Source: Azolla caroliniana
Lineage: Eukaryota > Plantae > Polypodiophyta
Assembly (NCBI GenBank): GCA_043228905.1
Contig: JBHGNT010000022.1
Coordinates: 1,364,001 to 1,428,000 of the forward strand
Length of the DNA: 64,000 bases
Direction: 5' to 3'
This document shows positions 49,901-62,282 of this stretch, piece by piece. How positions within the stretch are numbered: position 1 is the first letter of the stretch; every line of letters starts with the position of its first letter. Both the position numbers and the translations under genes were made by a program. Below the pieces are notes generated by a model, which had not been told where the DNA came from, made no database searches, and worked only from the letters and a program-made list of their open reading frames with translations.

Positions 49901-52500
49901 GCGAATTGGATAAGCCCACACCTTTCGAGTCGAATCGTCAATAAAACTGACGAAGTAAGAGGCACCGCCGAGAGACTGATGCGGCATTGGGCCACAGACG
50001 TCCGAGTGGACCAAATCGAGAGGTCTCGTTTCTCTTGGTGCTGATGTCGGGTGTGATGCGGCTGCTTGTTTGCCATACTGGCAATGCTCGCAGAATTGAT
50101 GGTCGGAGAAGGAGAGTTTAGGGATGTATCCGGCTCTAGATAGATGCGTAATGCCGGCCTTGATGAGGTGTCCTAATCTTCTGTGCCATAGTGATGACAC
50201 AGGAATATCCACCAAAAACAGGTTACCCTCTCTGAGCGTAACATGTAACGGATACAGTGAGTGTATCTTGGGTCCTCTAGCAAGTAGGAGGTTCCCCCTG
50301 TGGAGTGTCCACCCTCCCGAAGAAAAACCGGCACGAATGCCGTCTTCATCTAGTTGTCCGACTGAGATCAATGGCCTTGAGAGCTCAGGTACATGTCGGA
50401 CATTGTGAAGTACAAGTGTAGAGCCACCTGCAAGGTTGAGCTCTATTGTGCCGATTCCAATGATGTCACAGTGTTGCGAGTTACCGACTCGAACTGAGTC
50501 GGAGTGACGGATCGTATATTGCCGAAATTGGGATCGATGAGGAGTCACGTGAAATGACGCGCCCGAATCTAAGAGCCATGTGCTCGATTCTTCAGTCGTG
50601 AGCAGAACTTCTGATCCGACTGGATTTTCGATTGATAGTATATTCGGGTCGTTTGGTAGCACATCAGCTGAGAAGCTGACGTAATTGATCTCCTCATGCC
50701 GGCCACTCTTCTTGTCTGATCTCTGAGACTTGTCGTTCTTGTTCTTGAGTGCGCGGCAGTCGGCTTTGATGTGTCCGGGTTTCTTGCAATAGTTGCAGAT
50801 TCGATTATCCCGTGACTGGCTCCGTCTTCGCTGATTGTTCGGCGGCCGTGAGGAATCTCTTCCTCGTATGGTCGATCGGTCTGTCGAACCTTGTACTATG
50901 TAAGCGTCGTCTGTTGAGTCTTTGGCGAAAGACTTTCTCCGAGCTGCTTCGGTCAGGATTGCGCTCGTGACTTCGGAGTATTTAACAGCCGTGGTTGACG
51001 CGTTGCACACGGTTGTGACGAAAGTTTCCCATGATGAGGGAAGGCTGCTCATGAGTATCATTGCTCTGAGTTCATCCTCGATTGCCGTCCCCTGTGACGA
51101 GATTTGGGAGCTTATGCTTTCGTACTCATTGAGATGTGCTTGAACCGAATCGGATTCTTTCATCCGCAAGTTGTAGAGGCGCCGGATCAGAAACATCTTC
51201 GTTGCAGCGACCTTCTTTTCGTAGGTGTCCGACAGTGTTTTCCACAGTTCGAATGCTGTCGTACACGATTGCACCGTAAAGTATACCGATTCCGATAGGT
51301 GCATCCGAATCGTGGCGCGGACGATTCTGTCCAGCTTCTGCCACTCAATTGGTTTGTATCCTTCTGGAGGTTCTTCATTTTCGATGGGATCGATTTGCCC
51401 CTTGACTATGAGATAGTCTTGCATTTGCTCCTTCCAGAAGTTGAAGTTCGATCCATCGAACTTTCGTAGACTCATTTCTGACGAGCCGGATGTTGATGCC
51501 ATCAAATTTGGTTTCGGTTGACGAAGCTCGGTTCGGAGTTGACTACGAACCTTGTTGGAGTGCAGCCGGTTGGCTCACCCGATATCGTTCTAGTCGGATT
51601 TGAACCCGAGTCGGTTCGGCTTCGGATATATGTATTGTTAAACTTGCTCGAATTGACTCCGGTAACTTGAGGGACAGAACCGACTGGTCTTCCCGAATGT
51701 TGCCGAGTCGGAGTGAGCCCGGTTCGCTTCCGAATATATATGCCAAATACCGATTATTGAAACCGATTGTTTGGACCGATTCTGCTTCGGGTGACTGCAG
51801 CGACGAGAGAGACGGATCCAACTGATCCTCCCGAATGTCGATCAGCCGGATGAAGCACGAATTGGGGTTGTTGTCTTGAGACCGATCTGCACCGAGTGGT
51901 TACAATGAGCGGCGAGCAGCGTTTGATGACCTCTTCGGATGCCGTTTAACCGAGTGGAGCACGATCGTGTCAATGTTGCACAAGGGGATTTCACCTCGAG
52001 CGGTTACGATCACAAGGAACAGAGTACAACCGGCTGGCTTACTCCAAGCGAAGATGATCTAACGCGATGAGATGCAAGCCTCGTTTTTCTTCTTCTTCTC
52101 TCTTCTTCGAATGACGCAAGAAACCGAATACTGTGCAGGCTGAGACGACGGCCGACAGCGGGTTGAGGAACCGAGTACTGTGCAAGCTCTGATACCAGAT
52201 GTTGGAGACGAGGTCGTCTATGCGGAAGATCAAGAAGCATTCGATTGGGGTGAGTACCTGCGTATGAAGGAATCGAAGATCGTTGCACAGAGAGAGAGAG
52301 AGAGAGAGACACACACAAAAGACTCTTCTATTCCATAAAGCAATAATAATACAACCCAACCTTACAAAAAGGTTACAAGGTCACTATATATAGTGACAGA
52401 CTTAGGGCATCTACCATTTATGCTAATTACACAAATGGCCCAAACTTGATCTATACAAAGGGATAGTGTGAATACGTCCATTATACACTTGTATTCGACA
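46986..52500 (-). mobile_element. Intact young Ty1/copia B2
   Basis: 301-bp LTRs 46986-47286 and 52200-52500 essentially identical, TSD GGATG, perfect PBS 52186-52197, PPT from 47287. Confidence 0.98.
47480..51505 (-). CDS. Copia gag-pol polyprotein, 1341 aa, ~99% identical to B1
   Basis: Same intact domains as 23672-27697. Confidence 0.97.
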   Translation of the reverse strand: MMASTSGSSEMSLRKFDGSNFNFWKEQMQDYLIVKGQIDPIENEEPPEGYKPIEWQKLDRIVRATIRMHLSESVYFTVQSCTTAFELWKTLSDTYEKKVAATKMFLIRRLYNLRMKESDSVQAHLNEYESISSQISSQGTAIEDELRAMILMSSLPSSWETFVTTVCNASTTAVKYSEVTSAILTEAARRKSFAKDSTDDAYIVQGSTDRSTIRGRDSSRPPNNQRRRSQSRDNRICNYCKKPGHIKADCRALKNKNDKSQRSDKKSGRHEEINYVSFSADVLPNDPNILSIENPVGSEVLLTTEESSTWLLDSGASFHVTPHRSQFRQYTIRHSDSVRVGNSQHCDIIGIGTIELNLAGGSTLVLHNVRHVPELSRPLISVGQLDEDGIRAGFSSGGWTLHRGNLLLARGPKIHSLYPLHVTLREGNLFLVDIPVSSLWHRRLGHLIKAGITHLSRAGYIPKLSFSDHQFCEHCQYGKQAAASHPTSAPRETRPLDLVHSDVCGPMPHQSLGGASYFVSFIDDSTRKVWAYPIRTKDRVFSIFSDWLAMVENQTDRKLKCFRTDNGGEFKSEEFVKFCGQRGIRREFTALHSPEQNGIAERMNRTIQERIVSMLQHSGLSDGFWAEALLTAVHIINMSPSRPLGLQIPQELWIGSKPNYDKLRIFGCEAYALIPKDDRRKLAPRTRKCIFLGYGSDGEMGYRLWDPERRQIVRSSDVVFNELAMNPSVKTPIEVRRVTFSDVPTLQEGPALNTRSASRVAEPYTTDSDNSDSAQQLSDHPTSIPDATSPIIPRRSERLSQPPERYSPGIFFTDAGEPTSYEEASTSVDSATWHLAMESEMHSIRANKTWDLVELPRNQCALPCKWVYRLKETSDSTTPKYKARLVAKGFRQEYGVDFDEIFSPVVKMTTFRFLLGVVAADNLELIQLDVKTTFLHGDLEEEIYMEQPKGFVVTSQEHLVCRLRKSLYGLKQAPRQWYKKFDDFIQSIGFSKSDEDHCFFTNTAQDGSPIFLIIYVDDMLISGRHAGELADLIRQLRLKFAMKDLGPARHILGMKISRHRDQRHLFLSQTDYIGRVLERFNMQSAKSASTPLPMNLRLSQRDCPTSGPEGEDMKSVPYAPAVGSLMYLMVATRPDISHAVGVVSRFMHNPGRSHWNAVKHVFKYLAGTKDHGILFGPDSTTGVVGYTDSDFAGCIESRKSTTGYCFKFGNGAISWKSKLQECTATSTTEAEYVAASDAAKEALWLGRLAHTFRQVDHDSAPVVYSDSQGAVALSKNPVHHNASKHIDVRYHFVRDCVISGKIGLEKISTTDNVADGMTKCLSADRFRSLRHQMGVTTNQSG

Positions 52501-53265
52501 GGATGCCCGTACATCATTATGAGGAGGAGAGGTGCATGGGCATGCCCGAACGCTCCCTTGTCACAAGATGTCGAACGTACAAGGAAGACACAAAACACAT
52601 GCACAAATGCTCATACGCCTTTATGAGGAGGAGAGGTGCATGGGCAGACCCGAAACGCTCCCTCGTCACAAGACGACCGAACTTAAAAGGAAGACACAAA
52701 CACACGCACAAATGCTCGTACGTCTTTATGAGGAGGAGAGGTGCATGGGCACGCCCGAAACGCTCCCTTGTCACAAGACGGCCGAACGTACAAGGAAGAC
52801 ACAATCACACGCACAAAATGCTTGTACGCCTTTATGAGGAGGAGACGTGCATGGGCAAGCCCGAACGCACCCTCGTCACAAGATGACTGAACATACAAGG
52901 AAGACACAAACACACGCAGAAATGCTCGTACGTCTTTATGACGAGGAGAGGTGTATGGGCACGCCCGAAATGCTCGTATGCCTTTATGAGCAGAAGAGAT
53001 GCATGGGCACACCCGAAACGCTCCCTCGTCACAAGACGGCCGAACGTACAAGGAAGACCCAAACACACACAGAAAATGTGCGTATGCCTTTATGAGGAGG
53101 AGAGGTGCATGGGCACGCCCAAAACGCTCCCTTGTCACAAGGCGACCGACCGTACAAGGAAGACACAGGCACACACAAAAATGATTGTACGCCTTTAGGA
53201 GGAGGAGAGGTGCATGGGCATGCCCAAAATGCTCCCTTGTCACAAGACGACCGAACATACAAGTG
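52501..53265. repeat. ~102-bp satellite, ~7-8 monomers, in L 3' LTR
   Basis: Recurring TATGAGGAGGAGAGGTGCATGGGCA..GTCACAAGACG..GTACAAGGAAGACACAAA. Confidence 0.95.
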
Positions 53266-54181
53266 GATGAGAACAAAGAAAGAAAGAAAGAAAGAAAAAC
53301 ATGAATGATATTGGCTAAGGAAATAAATACGTGTTCGATTCAAACGCAAGAGGACCCTTTATAAAATAGGGTTTAATTACAATGTGTCAACTTCTAGTTA
53401 ACCACAAGCTCAACAAAAACAGAAATGCCCTTAGAGACAAGAGCAAATCCGAACACGACGAAGACGAACACACGAGCACCACAAAAATGCCGACCCCAAC
53501 GAACCACGACCACAGAAACGGCGACCACACGGGCTCGCAACGACGAACGGGGCGAAGCAACGTCAATCCAATGAAGCTCAGGCTGACAAGCACTTAGAGT
53601 GCCAATGCGAAGAAGATGAGCACATGCCGATGAGGGGATGAGGGGGTATGAGATGAAGGGAAGTTGTGAAGAAGAAGATGAAAAGCTCCAAAGGAAAAAT
53701 GGCAACAATCTCCTCCTCCCAAAATATCCTCACAAATGAGCCCCCCTCGACCTCCTTTTATAGGAAGAAAAGAAGGGGGGCCATCAATTCTGTCTTTAAA
53801 GAAAAAGGAATAAAATTCCTTAAATCACGTTGCATTGTAAGACCAGATTTGAACGGAGCACCTCTTGCTAGAAGTCAATGTGACTATCCACTAGCCCATT
53901 AACTCTCTCTTATATAATATATAATTCTATATCTACAAATTCATAGCTTGTCTCCCCTCTACTTTTTATCTCTCCTCTCTCTTAGTTTTTACACGAGCTT
54001 CTATACCCCCTTTCCACCCTTTCTTTTCCCTTTTCTTTTGCGTGTGCACAATTAATTGCCTTTGTGTGCACACACATTGCACATGCACATTTTGACACCC
54101 CCCTTTCGCCACATCACGACATCCACCCCCACCAAATTGCACATCCTCCGGTATGTGCCAAGAATGTTGGGCTGAGGGTGG

Positions 54182-57100
54182 TCAATAATTCATTTCCTGC
54201 TCCTCATTGACCCCGTGGCTTGTTGTTTGCTCTTCTTTATCTTTGTCAAGGTCATCGAGGTTTGGCTCCCTGTCGAGTCTCTTTTTGAAGATTTTGACCC
54301 GCTTGCCTACTATTGGTACTGCCAGCTTAGTCCCATGGAGTTCAACGAGGTGGTAGGTGGCATTATTGTTTGCACTCGTTACCACATACGGCCCAAACCA
54401 TTGCTTTGTGAATTTGCGCATCGAGCTATGTTGATTGTCAAGACTGCTATCGTACACAATCACCCAGTCTCCTTCTTGGATCTTCCGGGGGCATAGTCGG
54501 TGTGTCTTGTCGAACCGAGCTTTGTTACTTAGCCTAGCCACTTCTAACATCTCCTTTGCCAACTCCAAGTCTTCGGGTCTTCTCTCAAGTTGCCTTATCC
54601 TTGTTGCTAGAATCTCTTCTCGACTCATCTCGTTTTCCCACGGCATTGCTACCCATGACACGATCGTGTCTTCAATGGGCATCACCGGCTTTTGTCCGTA
54701 CATGAGTTCAGCTGGCATGAAACCTGTAACTGAGATATGAGTGGTTCTATCGGCCCACAAGGCATAAGGTAGCAACCGAGGCTAGTTCCCGACTCGCCCA
54801 TCACAAGCTCTTACAATGGCTTTTATGATAGGCCCGTGTCTGCGTTCTATCTTTCCATTGGCCTCCGAGTTATAGGCAGTCGTGAGAGAGAGCTTCACTC
54901 CAAGTCGTTCAAAGAGCTCTGTATGGTCAACTCTCCTCTATCGGCCACTATCTTTCCCACACATCCATACTGGCAGATGACATCCTCAAGTAAGAATTTA
55001 CACACCCCCGCCGTCGTTGTGTTTGCTAAGGCTCGCCCTTCTACTTGGTTTGTTAGGTCTTCTCTTGCTAGCACCAAATATTTCATTTGGCCCACTCCCA
55101 CTCCCATTGGCATCAAAACAAAATCCACCATCCATTTGAAGTGTATGGTGAGTGGGTAGGTCGGGTGCAATTCGTCCCTATGGCGTATGTTTGAGTGTAT
55201 CTGGCAACTTTCACACGTCCCCACGAAATGGGCGACATCCTTGTACATTCCCGGCCACCAATACTTCTCCTTTAACTTCTCGAATGTTGCCCATGTTCCT
55301 CTATGGCCCGCCCAAGGACTCTCGTGGAACTCAGACACCAATGTTGTCTGGTCCTCTTCCTTTATGACCACTCGTTGTGGCATACCCGTCCTTCTCTTCG
55401 GGTGCCTCTAGAGGAATCCCCCTCATAGGAAGTACTTGTACGCTTTCTTTCGGACTCTCTATGCTTCCTCCTTCGACCATGAACTATCCATCGTCATTGA
55501 GCTTAAGAACTTGCCAATTTGTAGCCACTCCCCGTCGTATTCACTTTCATTGAAGGCGTGGAGTACTCGCACATCTCGATCATCTATAGACACTTGGGCC
55601 ATCTTAAAGAAGTCAAGAGCGACATCCTCATCTTCAGACACCATGTCTCTTTCACCCTCGAATCTTGCCCTCGATAGCATATCTGCCATGGCATTGTTCT
55701 TCCCTGAAATGTGGTGAATCTCCGGGTTCATTGATTTGATGTAAGCAATCCATCTTAGCATAGCTAGGTCAGGTGTTGCACATCCTGAAACCATCCCTAC
55801 GATTGGAAGGCAATCCATCTCTATTACCACCTCTGACCTGATTAGGTAATCTTTATCCGCCTTTACTGCAGACATAGTACCCCAAAGCTCACGGCTTACT
55901 TGGGCGTATTTGTTGTCGCTCGCTTAAGACCTTCGCTCTAAACCAGATGGCATAACATGTACCATCCTCTCCTTCTTGGTTGATGACCCATCCAATCCCT
56001 GTTGGGCTCGTATCTACCGTCACGTAGATGGGCACCCCTTCCTTGTATATGACTTTTCGTAAAGCTGGTGCCGCTACCAACATTCCTTTGAGCCTCTTCA
56101 TTGCCTCTGTGTGCTCTTCCTCCCACTTGAACTTCCACCCCTTCTTGAGTAGCCCATACAAGGGCTCGACTAGGTGAACATAGTGCGGGATCCAAATGTG
56201 GTAGAATGCACATGCACCAAGATATCGCCTCACCTCTATTTGCAATTTACATTCTTCCCTCATGTCTGTGATGGTGTCCACGTTTGCCAGGGATGGCTTC
56301 CGTCCATACGCCCCACACAAGTGTCCCACCACAAGAATCTCCGGTTGGCCGAATGCCGATTTCTCACCCGAGAAGGTCAAGCATGCATCTTCGAGTCTTT
56401 GTAGAACCTTCTCGCAATCGGAGATGTGATATGCCACAAAATGTTTACACCCATCCTCGTCCAAGGTTTCATCCTTCTCCGCTTGAAAGCACCCTTTTAT
56501 GGGGATGTCATCGAGGAATGGCATGGTGATGTCGGGGATGCAATCTCTCAATACCTTGTTCATTGCATTTACCATGTGAGCTACAATGTTAGTGCCTCCT
56601 TGTGGCAAGGTACACATTCGCACTAGGCCAATAGGGGTCCGTATTGTCGTGATGATCATACCCCGACCCGAGTATAGATCACCAATCGAATAAATAGACC
56701 TTCCAGCGAAGGCCTCGGCGAATTCGTCAACTTCGGGATGTGAGCTTGATGGCTCGAGGATACCCATCTCGATCTTTTCCTTGAGTAGCTCAGTCAACTT
56801 CGGGATGTGAGCTCTTGAAAACGGGATTGGTTTGATGTTCCACGATACATGCGGCACCATAAAGATCACCATTGGCTCCACGATCTTTGGGTTTACACAC
56901 CCTATCTCACCCGACGAGAAGGTGAAAGCCACCTTCTAAATCTTTCCTCCTACCTAGGCAATAGGAAGCCACCTCCACCAATCCGGAGCTTCTGTCGCGT
57001 CTCATCGGTGAACCGGTGCCCTATGCCTCGTGGGTCATGCAAACTAGGATCATCCACTACCCCCTTTATCCGATCCCAACTATCATTAGACAATGCGGTA

Positions 57101-59560
57101 GCCACATGCTTCACATTCTTGTCCACGGTCTTGTACTTTGTTTGCACCTTGACCGTCCTCTCTTCCTCAATCAACCGCCCAAGCTCTTTGATGGCGGTGT
57201 ACATGTCAACTGAGTTGACTGGAATTACCTTGTCTTATTGAGGCCCGAAACGACTATCCTCTCCATCTCTCTAAGAGTGTCGTCGAATGAGACCGCCTCC
57301 ATGGCACCGCTTATGGTGTCATCTACCCCCAATAAGTTACATTGATTGAGATACCTTTCGTATCTCTTGGCCCTAGGCTTATCTCTATCACTTAAACTAG
57401 TAATTTTACAAGCTCCATTTTCGGAGAACCAAAATTGTTTCCTATTACATTTAATAGTTTTACAAGGGTTTAGGGTCTTTGTTTGCCTCAGGCTATTGCG
57501 GCCCCACTCTTTAATAGCCCACATCATAAAATCCTCTCGGGTCTCCCCTTTGAGGGAGGCTCGATTGCGCTCATGGTTGGGTCTCACCATAAGGAATTGG
57601 ACCGAATGCTTCCCATCTTGGCTCTTGACCGTCACATATGCGGACCCGTTGTCTAGCACCTTCATCTCCATGCGAGCCTTCGTGATGTATGGTTCACCCA
57701 AGATGACCCTATGCGAGGAAGTCTTTTGAACAAAGCAATGTTGATCTATTTCTACGTTCCCCACCTTCACACGTACATTCGTGCAAGCCCCATATAGCTC
57801 CTCGGTTGCTCGGGTCGCCGCTCTAATCTTCCACCCGTGCTTCGTGTTGATCGGTCACTTTCCCTTTTTATAAAAGTCCATGGACTTAAGGTTGATCTCA
57901 GAGCCATGGTCGATCAATGCTACAACTGGATCTTTTACATCTTCGACCCATACCAGTGTCTCCATTGTCACTCTCGCCCAATGCGGCCTCGTGTAGTGAC
58001 TATCCGCATAGTCTTCGTCTTCATCAGGAACCTCAGTTGACAATGCATTTACAATCTCGGGCTTTGCTACTTCTTGCTCTGTCGAGAGCCGCTTCCTCTT
58101 CATTAGGTTGATGATGACCTCAGAGAATTCTTTCTTGGCAATTCTGAGGACCTCTCACAGAGTAAACTCTACGCAACTATCAAGGATCCTTTCCTCCACT
58201 ACTTTCTTCAAGTCCGTTGCTTGTTCGATCTCCGAGCAAATCTTGAAGTTGGGGGGGTTCCCCTTCTCTTTCCATCTTTCATCATGTGCTTGACACTGGT
58301 TCAGTTCTTCCCTTCTTCGTGCACCTCGAGCATCGTATTTCCTTGATGGACCGGCTCCCTCATCATTTCCTACATTCTTCTCTTCTACCATTACTTCATA
58401 GTTTTGGCAAGCAGCTTCCACTAAGCCTGTCTTTTCTTCCACTGGATCCTTCCACCCGGTTGCTTCTTGGACCCTTCTTTCCACTTCGTCCACTTCTTCT
58501 CTTTTGAACTTTCCCCTAGAGAGGCTTCCAGAGATTAACGGCCAAAAGTCAAACTCTTTCTCCTCTTGCCTCCTCACCTCTTGCCCGACTCGGATCCGAG
58601 CCGATGACGAGTAGTGGACGGCTTCAACATGTCATGCTTCGGCCTCCTCCATTAGCCTTCTCATGCCCCCTCGGCCTTGATTCAATCCCAAGGGGCACCT
58701 TGTCTCCGTCAAATAGACCCTATTGTTCCAAAGATAGAAAATGTCCCTTCTTAGGGCCTCTTGAAAGTCTCCACACTCCCTTCGTAGGTGGTTTGGATTG
58801 TCACACCACATAAATCTTTGCACGAACGAGGGACGTTGATCTTGAGGGCCGCCACTCTCTCTCCTAGCTTGCGCTATTTGGAGATCGTCTTTGTGAGCTC
58901 GTCTATTGTCGACCTTCCCGATGGTCCTTCAACCACGTTTCTCTCGGGGACGAACCTTGCATTTGCTTGCTCTCTTACTTGAGGTGCTCTACCACCCCTG
59001 GGTTCGTGTTTCTCACTAATGGAGCCTGTGGATGTTTGGCCGCTCAACGGAGACCCGTCATTCCATTCCCTTCTCTTATCGAAGTGACTACAAACCCGTT
59101 TTACCATAGCCCAGTCTATCATGAGCCCATCATCAGTTTCGAGGAGGAGCCCCACCTTCTCTCAGTCTCCTGCATCAACAACTTTTATGAATAGTAGGAC
59201 CTTGCTTGTGTCAAGCACCATCCTATCGAGAGCCAAGAGTCATGCGAAGCACTTCTCAAATTCTTGTAGAAATACCATAGTATTTCTCCCCTTGCTGGGA
59301 AGCTCAACCCACTCCATTAGATCCCTTTTCGAAATTCAGAGTGAGTCATCAAGGTCGTACTTGTTGAGGACTCTTTCTTAGAACTCCACCCAATTGCAAC
59401 AGTCCGCTTGGATCTCGAGTACCTCTGCGTGGATACTCGGCGTTACCACTCTAGCGAATCCGGTTAGCTGCCATTGAACCGACTCGTTGTGCTAACCACC
59501 GTCTCTATGGCCTGGTCTAGGCCGGTGATGCCTTTGCAGGCATTTACCAAGCGGTCCACC
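54182..59560 (-). pseudogene. Gypsy L gag-PR-RT-RH-INT, degenerate, no chromodomain seen
   Basis: WCDNPNHLRREC knuckle, ALIDHGSEIN, LPQGGTN..FLDDIPIKG, VTVDTSPTGIG, WAGHRG..CESCQ, LWADRTT..WFGPY. Confidence 0.92.
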
Positions 59561-59620
59561 ACCGCCACCATCGCTTCAACGAGTTCTCCTCCTTGCAACT
59601 TGGTTCTCCCTTGCTACCCT

Positions 59621-59638
59621 TTCACGTCGGGTTCACCA
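59621..59638 (-). other. PBS complementary to tRNA-Trp(CCA)
   Basis: TTCACGTCGGGTTCACCA on plus strand, 5 nt from LTR end; identical to the PBS at 18909. Confidence 0.88.
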
Positions 59639-59925
59639 ATTTATGTCGCGAAGTTTCACGTGTGTGTGTTACTTGGGCGGGACCACGGGGGTCTTGGACT
59701 AGGGAGTACTGAAGGGATAGACAGAGCCGAGGTTTGCTTTACGACAATGCTACTTCCCGACCCCTTCCCGAGCAAGGGCTCGTTGCCCCTTTTTGTGAGG
59801 CCGGTGGCTTTCATTGATCACGACTCGTCGAGTTTTCGAGATCACTGCACGAGCCAAGTGATCAAACGGGTACAAGCAAGATTATCACGCAAGATGAATG
59901 CACAAGGGGACGATAACACAAACAC

Positions 59926-62282
59926 GGATGCCCGTACGTCACTATGAGGAGGAGAGGTGCATGGGCATCCCCGAACGCTCCCTTGTCACAAGACGTCGAA
60001 CGTACAAAGAAGACACAAAACACATGCACAAATGCTCGTACGCCTTTATGAGGAGGAGAGGTGCATGGGCAAGCCCGAACGATCCCTCTTCACAAGACAA
60101 CCAAACGTACAAGGAAAACACAAACACATGCAGAAATGCTCGTACCTATTTATGAGGAGGAGAGGTGGGTGGGCACGCCCGAAATGCTCCCTCATCACAA
60201 GACGGACGAACGTACAAGGAAGACACAAACACACACACAAAAATGCTCGTACGCCTTTACGAGGAAGAGAGGTGCATGGGCACGCCCAAAACGCACCCTC
60301 GTCACAAGACGATCGAACATACAAGGAAGACACAAACCCACGCAAAAATGCTCGTACGTCATTACGAGGAGGAGAGGTGCATGGGCACGCCCGAAACGTT
60401 CCTTCGTCACAAGAAGACCGAAAGTACAAAGAACGCAAAAATGCTCGTACGTCTTTATGAGGAGGAGAGGTGCATGGGCAAGCCCGAACGCTCCCTCTTC
60501 ATAAGACAACTGAATGTACAAGGAAAACACAAACACATGCAGAAATGCTCGTACCTGTTTATGAGGAGGAGAGGTGGGTGGGCACGCCCGAAACGCTCCC
60601 TCATCACAAGACGGTCGAACGTACAAGGAAGACACAAACACACACACAAAAATGCTCGTACGCCTTTATGAGGAAGAGAGGTGCATGGGCACGCCCAAAA
60701 CGCACCCTCGTCACAAGACGATCGAACATACAAGGAAGACACAAACACACGCAAAAATGCTCATACGTCATTACGAGGAGGAGAGGTGCATGGGCACGCC
60801 CGAAACGTTCCTTTGTCACAAGAAGACCGAAAGTACAAAGAACGCACAAATGCTCGTACGTCTTTATGAGGAGGAGAGGTGCATGGGCAAGCCCGAACGC
60901 TCCCTCTTCACAAGACAACCGAACGTACAAGGAAAACACAAACACACGCAGAAATGCTCGTACCTGTTTATGAGGAGGAGAGGTGGGTGGGCACGCCCGA
61001 AACGCTCCCTCATCAAAAGACGGCCGAACGTACAAGGAAGACACAAACACACACACAAAAATGCTTGTACGCCTTGATGAGGAAGAGAGGTGCATGGGCA
61101 CGCCCAAAACGTACCCTCGTCACAAGACGATTGAACGTACAAGGAAGACACAAACACACGCAAAAATGCTCATACGTCATTACGAGGAGGAGAGGTGCAT
61201 GGGCACGCCCGAAACATTCCTTTGTTACAAGAAGACCGAAAGTACAAAGAACGCACAAATGCTCGTACGTCTTTATGAGGAGGAGAGGTACATGGGCAAG
61301 CCCGAACGCTCCCTCTTCACAAGACAACCGAACGTACAAGGAAAACACAAACACATGCAGAAATGCTCGTACCTGTTTATGAGGAGGAGAGGTGGGTGGG
61401 CACTCCCGAAACGCTCCCTCATCAAAAGACGGCCGAACATACAAGGAAGACACAAACACACACACACAAAAATGCTCGTACGCCTTTATGAGGAGGAGAG
61501 GTGCATGGGCACGCCCAAAATGCACCATCGTCACAAGACGACCGAACGTACAAGGAAGACACAAACACATGCACAAATGCTCCTACGTCATTATGACGAG
61601 GAGAGGTGCATGGGCACGGCCGAAACCTTCCTTTGTCACAAGACGACCGAACGTACAAAGAACACACAAATGCTCGTACGTCTTTATGAGGAGGAGAGCT
61701 GCATGGGCATGCCTGAAACGCTCCCTCGTCACAGGACGACCGAGTGTACAAGGAAAACACAAGCACATGCACAAATGCTCGTATGTCTTTATGAAGAGGA
61801 GAGGTGCATAGACACGCCCGAAACGCTCCCTCATCACAAGACGTCCGAACGTACAAGGCAAACACAAAAACACACAAAAAATGTGTGTATGCCTTTATGA
61901 GGAGGAGAGGTGCATGGGGACGCCCGAAATGCTCCCTCGTCACAAGACGACCGAACGTACAAGGAAGATACAAACACACGCACAAATGCTCGTACGCCTT
62001 TATGAGGAGGAGAGGTGCATGGGAATGCCCGAAACGCTCCCTCGTCAGAAGACGGTTGAACATACAAGGAAGACACAAACACACGCACAAAATGGTCATA
62101 CACCTTTATGAGGAGGAAAGGTGCATGGGCACGCCCAAAACGCTCCCTCGTCACAAGACGACCGAACGTATAAGGAAGACACAAGCACACACACAAATGC
62201 TCATATGCCTTTATGAGCAGGAGAGGTGCATGGGCATGCCCGAAACGCTCCCTCGTCACAAGACGGCCGAACGTACAAGTGG
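59926..62282. repeat. ~102-bp satellite, ~23 monomers, with 409-bp higher-order repeat, in L 5' LTR
   Basis: Same monomer as 52501; equivalent ORF starts at 60165, 60574, 60983, 61392 (period 409). Confidence 0.95.

Noticed and set aside
23174-52500. B1 and B2 as a segmental duplication or assembly artefact
   Set aside because: Different TSDs, flanks and U5 sequences
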